Part shown: positions 56,227 to 64,000 of the stretch, one piece after another | Position numbering within the stretch: position 1 is the first letter of the stretch | How the letters are laid out: each line of letters begins with the position of its first letter | From: Candidatus Falkowbacteria bacterium | GTDB lineage: Bacteria > Patescibacteriota > Patescibacteriia > Patescibacteriales > GWE2-39-37 | Length of the DNA stretch: 64,000 nucleotides | Reading direction: 5' to 3' | NCBI GenBank assembly: GCA_013336275.1 | Contig: JAAXUA010000001.1 | Coordinates: 78,167 to 142,166, forward strand | The notes under the pieces: model-generated | Databases searched by the model: none | The model's input: only the letters and a program-made list of their open reading frames with translations | Told to the model about the DNA's origin: nothing | Position numbers and translations under genes: made by a program

Positions 56227-57849
56227 ATGCTGAAAAGGATTTTTTCACACCAGACGAATAGCGTGACGACGGCAGCCATCCTGGTTGCCTTTTCTTCATT
56301 GTTTTCCCGTTTTCTCGGCGTGGTACGCGACCGCATCCTGGCTGGGCAATTCGGTGCAGGCGACACTCTTGATGTCTATTATGCCGCTTTCAGGGTGCCT
56401 GACCTGGTTTTCAATCTTCTCGTGCTGGGCGCCCTCTCAGCCGGCTTCATCCCCCTGTTTACCGATCTGCTCAAGGATGAGAACGACACACGTAAGAATA
56501 ATGAAGCCTGGCTTCTGGCTAGTAACATAATCAACATCCTCGCTCTGGGGCTTATTGCGATTTCAACGATCTGCATCATCTTCGCCCGCCCCCTGGCCGA
56601 AGCTTTCGCTCCCGGGTTTTCGCCCGAAAAACTTGACCAGACGGTCAACCTGACGAGGATTATGTTCCTTTCCCCCTTCTTTCTTGGCCTGTCGGGAGTC
56701 ATCGGCGGCGTCCTTCAGTCGTTCAAGAGATTTCTAGTCTATTCTTTTGCGCCGATCATGTATAATCTCGGTATCATTGCCGGAGCAGTCTGGCTGGTGC
56801 CTATTTGGGGAACTTATGGCTTGGCCTGGGGCGTGGTTATCGGCGCCTTCCTCCATTTTGCCATCCAGCTGCCGACTGCCATCCAGTTGGGCTTCAAATA
56901 TCGTCCGAGGCTGGGCTGGAAGGAACCATCTGTCCGGAAATTAGGACGCTTGATGGTGCCTCGAACTATGTCTTTGGCAATCTCCCAAGTCGACCTCTTG
57001 GTCAGTACGGCCATTGCAAGCACCCTGGCCTCAGGCTCGCTGACCGTTTTTAATCTAGCTAATAATATCCAGTCTTTTCCCATAGGTATCTTCGGCATCT
57101 CGTTCGCCACAGCCGTATTCCCGCTGCTCTCGTCCAAAGCCAAGGACCGCAAGGGCCTTGTCGAGATATTTTCCAACACCCAGCGGCAGATCCTTTTCTT
57201 TATCATCCCCTCGACTATGCTGGTCTGGGTCCTTCGCGCCCAGATCGTCCGTGTCCTTTACGGCTGGGGGCAGTTCAATTGGGAAGATACGGTGTTTACT
57301 ATCGAAGCTTTGACCTTCTTCAGCTTTTCTTTATTCGCTCAAGCCAGCATCCCTTTGCTGGTGCGGATGTTCTACGCCCGTCAGAACAGCAAGCACCCTT
57401 TCTATATCGGAATCACCTCGGTGCTTATGGATATAATTCTTTCTCTCTGGCTATCGAGGACCCTAGGAGTTGCCGGCATTGCGTTGGCTTTTTCTATCGC
57501 CAACGTCTTCAATTATCTGATGCTCTGGACCATCTTGAGCCGGCAGCTTGACGGCTTGGACGGCCGCAAGATCCTGCTCTCATCTTCGAAGTTCGTGGCG
57601 GCTGGCCTGACGGCCATGCTGGTAGCGCAGTATGTCAAGATTATCCTTCTGCCATTCATCGACATGCAGACTGGCCTGGGTGTCTTTACTCAAGGCTTCA
57701 CGGCCGGCATGATCGGATTGCTGGTTTACGCGGGGACGTGTGCTATACTTAAGAGCGAAGAGCTCGATTCGTTCTGGCAAGGATTAAAGAGGCGGTTGCC
57801 CTGGAAACAGCTTGAAAGCGAAGATCAGGGCGAGGCTCGAGGAATCTGA
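56227..57849 (+). CDS. murJ: Lipid II flippase MurJ (MviN)
   Basis: SRFLGVVRD, AFRVPD, GALSAGFIP; about 14 TM helices. Confidence 0.95.
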   Translation: MLKRIFSHQTNSVTTAAILVAFSSLFSRFLGVVRDRILAGQFGAGDTLDVYYAAFRVPDLVFNLLVLGALSAGFIPLFTDLLKDENDTRKNNEAWLLASNIINILALGLIAISTICIIFARPLAEAFAPGFSPEKLDQTVNLTRIMFLSPFFLGLSGVIGGVLQSFKRFLVYSFAPIMYNLGIIAGAVWLVPIWGTYGLAWGVVIGAFLHFAIQLPTAIQLGFKYRPRLGWKEPSVRKLGRLMVPRTMSLAISQVDLLVSTAIASTLASGSLTVFNLANNIQSFPIGIFGISFATAVFPLLSSKAKDRKGLVEIFSNTQRQILFFIIPSTMLVWVLRAQIVRVLYGWGQFNWEDTVFTIEALTFFSFSLFAQASIPLLVRMFYARQNSKHPFYIGITSVLMDIILSLWLSRTLGVAGIALAFSIANVFNYLMLWTILSRQLDGLDGRKILLSSSKFVAAGLTAMLVAQYVKIILLPFIDMQTGLGVFTQGFTAGMIGLLVYAGTCAILKSEELDSFWQGLKRRLPWKQLESEDQGEARGI

Positions 57850-57850
57850 T

Positions 57851-58252
57851 ATGATCAATATACTTCTGTGGTACAATCGCAAGAAAGAGAAGAGACTCGC
57901 TATGCGTTTCGCAAGCGATCTGGCTTTCCATATGCACTCCGTCTATATTTATCTGGCTGAGCAGAATCGGACATTGCAACCAGGCAGCTGCGTCAAGGAG
58001 GCTGTCGGACTTTTGGATAATTGGAAAAAGATCAGCGAAAATCTTTACGAGCATAAGCCGACCGGGTTTGCCCTGGAGGTCAAGCCCGATAGCAAGCTCC
58101 TGCCCTTGACTAAAGATATCCTGGATATCGAACTCGAAGAAATCCTGACCAGCTATAAAGATCATGAAAAATTCGTGGTAATGAACGAAGCTCGAGCGCT
58201 GGTCGACGATTACTTCGATAAGAACTCATTTGTAGACAAGGTCGGTGCCTAG
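57851..58252 (+). CDS. Hypothetical protein
   Basis: 133-aa ORF starting 1 nt after the murJ stop. Confidence 0.65.
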   Translation: MINILLWYNRKKEKRLAMRFASDLAFHMHSVYIYLAEQNRTLQPGSCVKEAVGLLDNWKKISENLYEHKPTGFALEVKPDSKLLPLTKDILDIELEEILTSYKDHEKFVVMNEARALVDDYFDKNSFVDKVGA

Positions 58253-58357
58253 GGGCCATTTGACCGTTTGGCATAAAACTTGTAAGATATAGTCACTCAA
58301 ATACCAGGGGCCCAAACTGGCTCCTCTTATTTATTATTGAGGATTTCAGGTAAAAAA

Positions 58358-60139
58358 ATGGATAAAATTAGGAATTTTTGCATTATTGCTCACATAGACC
58401 ACGGCAAATCAACTCTGGCTGACCGTATGCTTGAGCTGACCGGGACAGTAGAGAAGCGCAAGATGAAGGAGCAGGTTTTGGATAAGATGGACCTGGAACG
58501 TGAACGTGGCATCACCATAAAATTAGCGCCAGTGACCATGGAGTTCCAGGGTCATCGCCTTAATCTGATTGATACCCCCGGCCACGTCGACTTCAGTTAT
58601 GAAGTTTCGAGGAGTTTGGCCGCTGTCGAAGGCGCTGTCTTGCTAGTTGATGCCACTCAGGGTATCCAAGCGCAGACTCTCGCCAATCTTTATTTGGCCA
58701 TGGAACAAGATTTGGTAATTATCCCGGTAGTCAACAAGATCGACTTGCCGGCAGCCGACGTGCCCAAGACCAAAAGGGAAATAATGAAATTGCTCGGCTG
58801 TTCCGAAGATGAGGTATTGGCAGTCTCGGGCAAGACCGGCGAGGGCGTGACCGAGTTGCTGCAATCTGTCATTGCACGGATTCCGTCTCCGGCTGGCAAG
58901 CCCGATTCTTCACTAAGGGCTTTGATTTTTGATTCTAACTACGACGAATACCGCGGAGTGGTCGCTTACGTACGCATCATCGATGGCGCTGTCCGTAACG
59001 GCGAGAAGATCACTTTGGTTGCCACTCGCGCTAAAAGCGAAGCGATCGATGTCGGTATTTTCAAGCCCGATTACATATCAACCAAGGAATTGGCCTGCGG
59101 CCAGATCGGCTATATCGTTACCGGCTTCAAGGAAGTTGCTGATTGCCGAGTCGGCGATACGGTAATCCTTTCGAAGGATGCATTGAATGCCCAGCCGTTG
59201 ACCGGCTACAAAGAGGCCAAGCCTATGGTTTTCGCTGGTATCTTTCCCAAGGAAGGGGACGAATTCCAGCTTTTGCGCGAGGCGATCTCTAAATTGAAGC
59301 TCAACGATGCCGCCCTGATTTACGAACCGGAACATTCCCAAGCCCTCGGTTTCGGCTTCCGCTGCGGCTTTCTCGGCTTGCTGCACTTGGAGATTTTCCA
59401 GGAGCGTCTTCGTCGCGAGCACAATCTTGATCTGATCGTCACGGTGCCGAGCGTTTCGTACCATGTCGAAAAGACCAATGGCGAAACCCTGATCGTGTCT
59501 AGTCCCCAGCTCCTGCCTCAGCAGAGTGAAATCAAGGAACTTGAGGAGCCATGGGTCAAGCTGGATGTGGTCACGCCCAAGGATTATTTAGGATCCATAA
59601 TGAGTTTCGCCCAGGAGAAGCGGGGTGTGTATGTGAATACCGAATATCTGGACCAGGAGCGGGCGGTGCTGCATTATCAATTGCCGATGAGCGCCATCCT
59701 GACCGATTTTTATGACAAGATAAAAAGCATCAGCTCCGGTTATGCCTCGATAAATTATGAATTTTTGGATTATCGCCCGGCTGACGTGGTCAAGCTCGAC
59801 ATCCTGGTGGCGGAAGAGATAGTCGAATCGTTATCGACCATCGTCTATCGCGATGACGCTTTCCGCCGCGGCAAAGAAGTGGTCGAGGTCCTGAAAGAGA
59901 CCCTGCCGCAGCAGATGTTCGTGATCAAGCTCCAAGCAGCGCTTGGCGGCAAGGTGATCGCGGCTGAGCGCATCTCGGCCATGCGCAAAGATGTTACGGC
60001 CAAACTGTACGGCGGTGATGTTTCCCGCAAGAGAAAGCTTTTGGAAAAGCAGAAGAAGGGCAAGAAGAAGATGATGGCCATGGGTCGCGGCAGCGTTGAC
60101 ATCCCGAGCGACACATTCGTCAAAATTCTAAAAAGATAA
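58358..60139 (+). CDS. lepA: Elongation factor 4 (LepA)
   Basis: AHIDHGKSTLADR, DTPGHVDF, GFLGLLH, RKDVTAKLYGGD..RKRKLLEKQK. Confidence 0.98.
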   Translation: MDKIRNFCIIAHIDHGKSTLADRMLELTGTVEKRKMKEQVLDKMDLERERGITIKLAPVTMEFQGHRLNLIDTPGHVDFSYEVSRSLAAVEGAVLLVDATQGIQAQTLANLYLAMEQDLVIIPVVNKIDLPAADVPKTKREIMKLLGCSEDEVLAVSGKTGEGVTELLQSVIARIPSPAGKPDSSLRALIFDSNYDEYRGVVAYVRIIDGAVRNGEKITLVATRAKSEAIDVGIFKPDYISTKELACGQIGYIVTGFKEVADCRVGDTVILSKDALNAQPLTGYKEAKPMVFAGIFPKEGDEFQLLREAISKLKLNDAALIYEPEHSQALGFGFRCGFLGLLHLEIFQERLRREHNLDLIVTVPSVSYHVEKTNGETLIVSSPQLLPQQSEIKELEEPWVKLDVVTPKDYLGSIMSFAQEKRGVYVNTEYLDQERAVLHYQLPMSAILTDFYDKIKSISSGYASINYEFLDYRPADVVKLDILVAEEIVESLSTIVYRDDAFRRGKEVVEVLKETLPQQMFVIKLQAALGGKVIAAERISAMRKDVTAKLYGGDVSRKRKLLEKQKKGKKKMMAMGRGSVDIPSDTFVKILKR

Positions 60140-60150
60140 CATACAAACTT

Positions 60151-60261
60151 ATGTTTGACACTAAAAGAAGCAGAAAAATCAGAGTCGCCTGGGCTATCGT
60201 CAGCCTGATGGTAATTTTTTCAATGGTCATTTGGTCAGTCGGGATCGCCTTCATGCAGTAA
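60151..60261 (+). CDS. 36-aa single-TM small protein MFDTKRSRKIRVAWAIVSLMVIFSMVIWSVGIAFMQ
   Basis: Manual translation; basic N-terminus plus one TM helix; fills the lepA-recJ gap; absent from the ORF track. Confidence 0.65.
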   Translation: MFDTKRSRKIRVAWAIVSLMVIFSMVIWSVGIAFMQ

Positions 60262-60324
60262 TCCGCATAATTCGTTTCAGATAAGGTTGCAAATTCAGTT
60301 ATTAATTTTTTAAAATAAGCTAAA

Positions 60325-62073
60325 ATGTCAAAACGTCATTGGCAGCTCCGTGATAGCATCACCACTGCCGCAACTGACGCCTTGTCGAGTTATGACCAAA
60401 TAACCGCACAACTCCTGTTTAATCGCCACATTACCGAACCAGAGACGGCTGAGGCCTTTCTTTCGTCGGATTACCTGACGTATAAGCATGCGCCTTCGTT
60501 GTTCAGTCAGATCGAAGCCGCAGTCGAACAGATAATCGGGGCGATCAAGGCGGGCAAGAAGATTGTTATTTACGGTGATTATGACGCCGACGGCGTAACC
60601 GCCACCGCCTGTCTCTTGGAGGTGCTGTCGACGCTCAAGGCTAAGACCGACATCTATATTCCCGATCGCGTTTCCGAGGGCTATGGCTTGAACCGCCAAG
60701 CGATCGATGAGATTGCGGCCAATGGCGCTGGATTGATAATTACGGTCGATAACGGCATCCGCAATAAAGAGGAGGTTGCCTATATCAAGTCAATCGGCCT
60801 CGAAGTTATCATTACCGATCATCACGTTCCGCCGCCCGAGGACGAGGCGATGCCCGACTGCTTGGTAATCAATCCGATGGTGGCAACGGAAACCTACCCA
60901 TTCAAATATTTGGCCGGCGTCGGAGTCTCGGCCAAATTAGCTATGGCCATAATCGAGCGCTCGAAATTGGATCAGGAGATGAAGCTTCGGCTGGAAGAGC
61001 GGATACTGGACTTGGTTGCTCTCGGCACGATCGCCGACTGCGTCCCTTTGGTAGGCGAGAATCGGGTCTTGGTCAAGCGCGGTCTCGAGATATTGAACCA
61101 GACGCGTCGGATCGGTTTGAAAGAATTGATCAAGATAGCCAAGATCAACCCCGAACGCTCGATCGACAGCTGGAACGTCAGTTTCCAGCTGACACCTAGA
61201 TTGAATGCTGCCGGACGCATGGATCATGCAAATACCGCTTTCGAATTGCTAGTCACCCGCGACCAGGCTGTGGCCGAGAAATTGGCGCAAGGCCTGAATG
61301 AGCGCAACCAGGAACGGCAGAAGGTGACTGAAGATATAGTGAAGGCGATAATCGCCAACGTCGAGGCAGAGAGGACCGCTGACAAGATAATCGTTGCGGT
61401 GAGTCCTAGCGTCTACGGACAGGGCGAACCCTGGAACGAGGGCACGGTCGGATTGGTGGCTGGGCGGTTGTCGGAAAAATACTATCTTCCCGCGCTTGTC
61501 ATAACCGGAAACAATGATGAAATCAAAGGGTCAGGCCGCAGCATCGATCAGTTCAATCTGATCAAGGCAGTGGAAGCCGTCAAGGATTCGTTGCACAAGT
61601 ACGGCGGTCATGCCGCCGCTTGCGGTTTCAGCATCAAAGGCCAGGAAAATCTGGAGCGTTTCATCAAGGACATCACTGAAGCGGCCAACAAGACCCTTGG
61701 CGGCCTAGATCTGAAGCCAAGCTTGAAAATCGAGACCGAGATTGACTTGTCCTTGGTTGATGAGAGCTTTCTTAGCCAGATCGAGCGATTCGCTCCTTTC
61801 GGTGAAGGCAATCCCCGCCCGGTTTTCTTAAGTCGTCAGATCAATATCGTCGACGTCGCCAAATTGGGCTGGGACGGGCGCCACCTGCGCCTGAAACTCA
61901 GGAACTCAACCTCCAAGGTCAAGACCGCTCTCGGTTTCGGCCAGGCGGAAGAATGGCCAGATTTGAAAATCGGTGATACAATAGACCTAGCTTATTATAT
62001 GGAATTGAACGAATTCAACGGCAAAAGGGAGGTGCAGCTACGCATCATCGACTTGAAGCCATCAAACGCATGA
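60325..62073 (+). CDS. recJ: ssDNA exonuclease RecJ
   Basis: YGDYDADG, EGYG, TVDNG, TDHH, GTIAD, PRLNAAGR, GGHAAACG, PFGEGNP. Confidence 0.97.
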   Translation: MSKRHWQLRDSITTAATDALSSYDQITAQLLFNRHITEPETAEAFLSSDYLTYKHAPSLFSQIEAAVEQIIGAIKAGKKIVIYGDYDADGVTATACLLEVLSTLKAKTDIYIPDRVSEGYGLNRQAIDEIAANGAGLIITVDNGIRNKEEVAYIKSIGLEVIITDHHVPPPEDEAMPDCLVINPMVATETYPFKYLAGVGVSAKLAMAIIERSKLDQEMKLRLEERILDLVALGTIADCVPLVGENRVLVKRGLEILNQTRRIGLKELIKIAKINPERSIDSWNVSFQLTPRLNAAGRMDHANTAFELLVTRDQAVAEKLAQGLNERNQERQKVTEDIVKAIIANVEAERTADKIIVAVSPSVYGQGEPWNEGTVGLVAGRLSEKYYLPALVITGNNDEIKGSGRSIDQFNLIKAVEAVKDSLHKYGGHAAACGFSIKGQENLERFIKDITEAANKTLGGLDLKPSLKIETEIDLSLVDESFLSQIERFAPFGEGNPRPVFLSRQINIVDVAKLGWDGRHLRLKLRNSTSKVKTALGFGQAEEWPDLKIGDTIDLAYYMELNEFNGKREVQLRIIDLKPSNA

Positions 62074-62474
62074 ATGAAAAATTGATCATATTTACCGATG
62101 GGGGCGCGCGAGGCAACCCCGGACCAGCCGCTATCGGAGCCGTCATTTATGACGAGCAGCGCCAAGTCCTGTCGGAGATTTCCGAATACATCGGCGAGAC
62201 CACGAATAATCAGGCGGAGTACAAAGCCGTTGTGGCAGCCATTGCAAAGGCCAAGGAGCTGGGTGCGAAAGAAGTTGATTTTTTCCTGGATAGCCAGTTG
62301 GTAGTCGAACAGCTCAACGGCAATTATAAGGTCAAGAATAAAGACTTGGCTCCGTTGTTCGTTCAGATATACAATGCCAGTCTCGGCTTTCGCAAGGTCA
62401 GGTACACTCACGTTCGGCGAGAGCAGAATCAGGAGGCGGATAAGCTAGTGAATTTAGCCCTGGATAATAGGTAG
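62070..62474 (+). CDS. rnhA: Ribonuclease HI (archaeal/type-1-like)
   Basis: DGGARGNPG, TNNQAEY, DSQLVVEQ, HVRREQN.EAD. Confidence 0.92.
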   Translation: MNEKLIIFTDGGARGNPGPAAIGAVIYDEQRQVLSEISEYIGETTNNQAEYKAVVAAIAKAKELGAKEVDFFLDSQLVVEQLNGNYKVKNKDLAPLFVQIYNASLGFRKVRYTHVRREQNQEADKLVNLALDNR

Positions 62475-62479
62475 AGTTC

Positions 62480-62553
62480 GGACGATTAGCTCAGTTGGTT
62501 AGAGCGCACCGTTCACATCGGTGAGGCCACAGGTTCGAGTCCTGTATCGTCCA
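62480..62553 (+). tRNA. tRNA-Val(CAC)
   Basis: Acceptor GGACGAT/ATCGTCC; anticodon arm CACCG-TTCACAT-CGGTG; T arm ACAGG-TTCGAGT-CCTGT. Confidence 0.94.
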
Positions 62554-62714
62554 CAAACAAAACACACCCGCCAGGGTGTTTTTTGTTTGTGGCGGTATCA
62601 GATTGCGAAAACCTGCAAAGGAATGAGTTAAGATCCATAAAATCATTGTTGGTATCTTGTTCAGATAAATTATTTGCGGTTAAAACTTTTCATGAGAGAC
62701 GGGGCTTCCGCCCC

Positions 62715-62774
62715 TTCGAGTCCTGTATCGTCCACAAACAAATCACACCCGCCAAGGTGTTTTTTTGTTTGTGG
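62715..62774 (+). repeat. Direct repeat of the tRNA-Val 3' end plus terminator (att-like scar; first copy 62534-62592)
   Basis: ttcgagtcctgtatcgtccacaaacaaa(a/t)cacacccgcca(g/a)ggtgtttttt(t)gtttgtgg repeated 181 nt downstream. Confidence 0.88.
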
Positions 62775-62853
62775 TGCAGCAATTGATAATAAATTGTTTA
62801 TGCGGCATCTCTTTGCTATACTGATATGTAGACACGAGATAATTTTAAAGATC

Positions 62854-63597
62854 ATGACGAACTTGCTTTCAATAATGTTCATACTTTCGGTCGGGCCGCT
62901 GGTCGGTTCGCTTATCGGTGTGGTTAAGAAACCCGATCAAAGATATTCTTTGCTGATGCTTTCATTTTCAGCCGGAGTGATGCTTATGGTCTCTTTTTAT
63001 GAGCTGATTCCGGAAAGCCTCCAATTCGTCAATGTTCCCACCATGCTTTTCGGCGTACTGCTGGGAGGTTTGATGATTAATTTCGTAAGCCGGATCATGA
63101 GGCATGTCAAAACCGTGACGCCCTGGTATCAGCTCAAGCGCCGCAAGTTCGAGCGTGTTGTCATTCTTCTTATCGTCGGCATACTCTTCCATAATTTCCC
63201 CGAAGGCATGGCGATCGGTTTGAGCGCCCTCTCTAGCTGGGAGATGTCGTTGAGGGTTGCCTTAGCCATAGCTATCCATGACATACCTGAAGCGATAGCG
63301 ACCACGGTGCCGTATTATCAACTGACAGGGAACAAGCTCCAGTCTGTCCTGGTCACGATGTCTACCTTGGTGCCGACGGTATTCGGTTTTGTCCTAAGCT
63401 ATTATTTCTTCCATGACTTGCCTCTTGATGTAGTCGGTTTTTTCATTGCGATCACCGCCGGAATTATGATTTTTATTTCCGCTTTCGAACTGATTCCGAA
63501 CTCGGTTTTTGCCAGCCGAAATCGCTTGGCCCCTTCAGTCAGTATGGTTTTGGGGGTTATTTCGGTCGTGTTAGTCAGTTTATTAAATGCATATTAG
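62854..63597 (+). CDS. ZIP-family metal transporter (ZupT-like)
   Basis: FSAGVML.VSFYELIPE, HNFPEG, IAIHDIPEA, AGIMIFIS; ATG at 62854. Confidence 0.9.
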   Translation: MTNLLSIMFILSVGPLVGSLIGVVKKPDQRYSLLMLSFSAGVMLMVSFYELIPESLQFVNVPTMLFGVLLGGLMINFVSRIMRHVKTVTPWYQLKRRKFERVVILLIVGILFHNFPEGMAIGLSALSSWEMSLRVALAIAIHDIPEAIATTVPYYQLTGNKLQSVLVTMSTLVPTVFGFVLSYYFFHDLPLDVVGFFIAITAGIMIFISAFELIPNSVFASRNRLAPSVSMVLGVISVVLVSLLNAY

Positions 63598-63737
63598 AAC
63601 ATAAAAGCCGTAATTATCAAAATTTTTAAGCCTTTTTTAGTAAAATATTATCTAACATTAGGTAATATTTTTATATTGACTTTTAGCCTGTCGGGTGCTA
63701 GTATTTAGTGGTAAACTATCTTTAAAAATCAATAATT

Positions 63738-64000
63738 CCAAGGCAAGCGGGCAATTGCTGAAATAGTAAAACGCTATTTTAGAGGAAAGTCCGGACTCCG
63801 AAAGAATGAAAATTCTTGAAAGCGATGGTGGCTAACGGCCACGGGGAGAAATCCTACGGAAAGTGCCACAGAGACGATACTAGCCGTCAAAGACGGTGAA
63901 AGGTGAAAAGTGCCAGGGTGTTTTGGTTCTAACGGCATGCCAGTGAACGAAAGCTACTTGGTTCGCACCCGTGTGAACGGGCTGCGTGGCAAACCCCATC
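63738..64000 (+). ncRNA. rnpB: RNase P RNA, 5' portion (truncated by window end; 5' boundary approximate)
   Basis: GAGGAAAGTCCGGACTC at 63782, then GGAAAGTGCCACAGA, GGTGAAA and GGCAAACCCC; promoter TTGACT(63676)-17-TAGTAT. Confidence 0.9.

Noticed and set aside
1..64000. Alternative genetic code (UGA=Gly, code 25)
   Set aside because: Conserved genes are full length in code 11, and TGA ends holB, mreD, murJ and recJ at the expected positions.

Overview
Gene-dense bacterial chromosome segment in genetic code 11 (TGA terminates holB, mreD and murJ). It most resembles a Patescibacteria/CPR genome, possibly ABY1/Falkowbacteria-like. That is inferred from SD-less AT-rich leaders, streamlined proteins and a CPR-type surface repeat, and was not checked by search. 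Core content: holB, frr, rseP, hpf, secA, cls, alr, corA, secD (with two inserted parvulin domains), secF, proS, mreBCD-mrdA, a CIRCE/hrcA-grpE-hsp20-CYTH-dnaK-DUF3467-dnaJ heat-shock locus, htrA, a GldAFG-like ABC module, pfkB-pduL-ackA, murJ, lepA, recJ, rnhA and a ZIP transporter. RNA genes: tRNA-Ala(CGC), tRNA-Arg(CCG), tRNA-Val(CAC) and the 5' part of rnpB. The most striking unexplained pattern is two classes of gene start. The housekeeping genes examined have no Shine-Dalgarno (SD), and some appear leaderless. About 11 orphan or degenerate genes are instead stand-alone cassettes: usually a near-consensus sigma70 promoter, then a boxA-like motif (YGYTCWTT-like), a strong AGGAGG-type SD, the ORF and an intrinsic terminator. 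Six of them form an array at 34.3-38.2 kb. Other leads are a methyltransferase/7TM-kinase/receiver/esterase cluster resembling methyl-ester signalling, a degenerate HGDEF protein with an intact I-site near an HD-GYP-like gene, a PLP-fold pseudoenzyme, and a duplicated tRNA-Val 3' end. All calls are by eye; no searches or folding programs were run.
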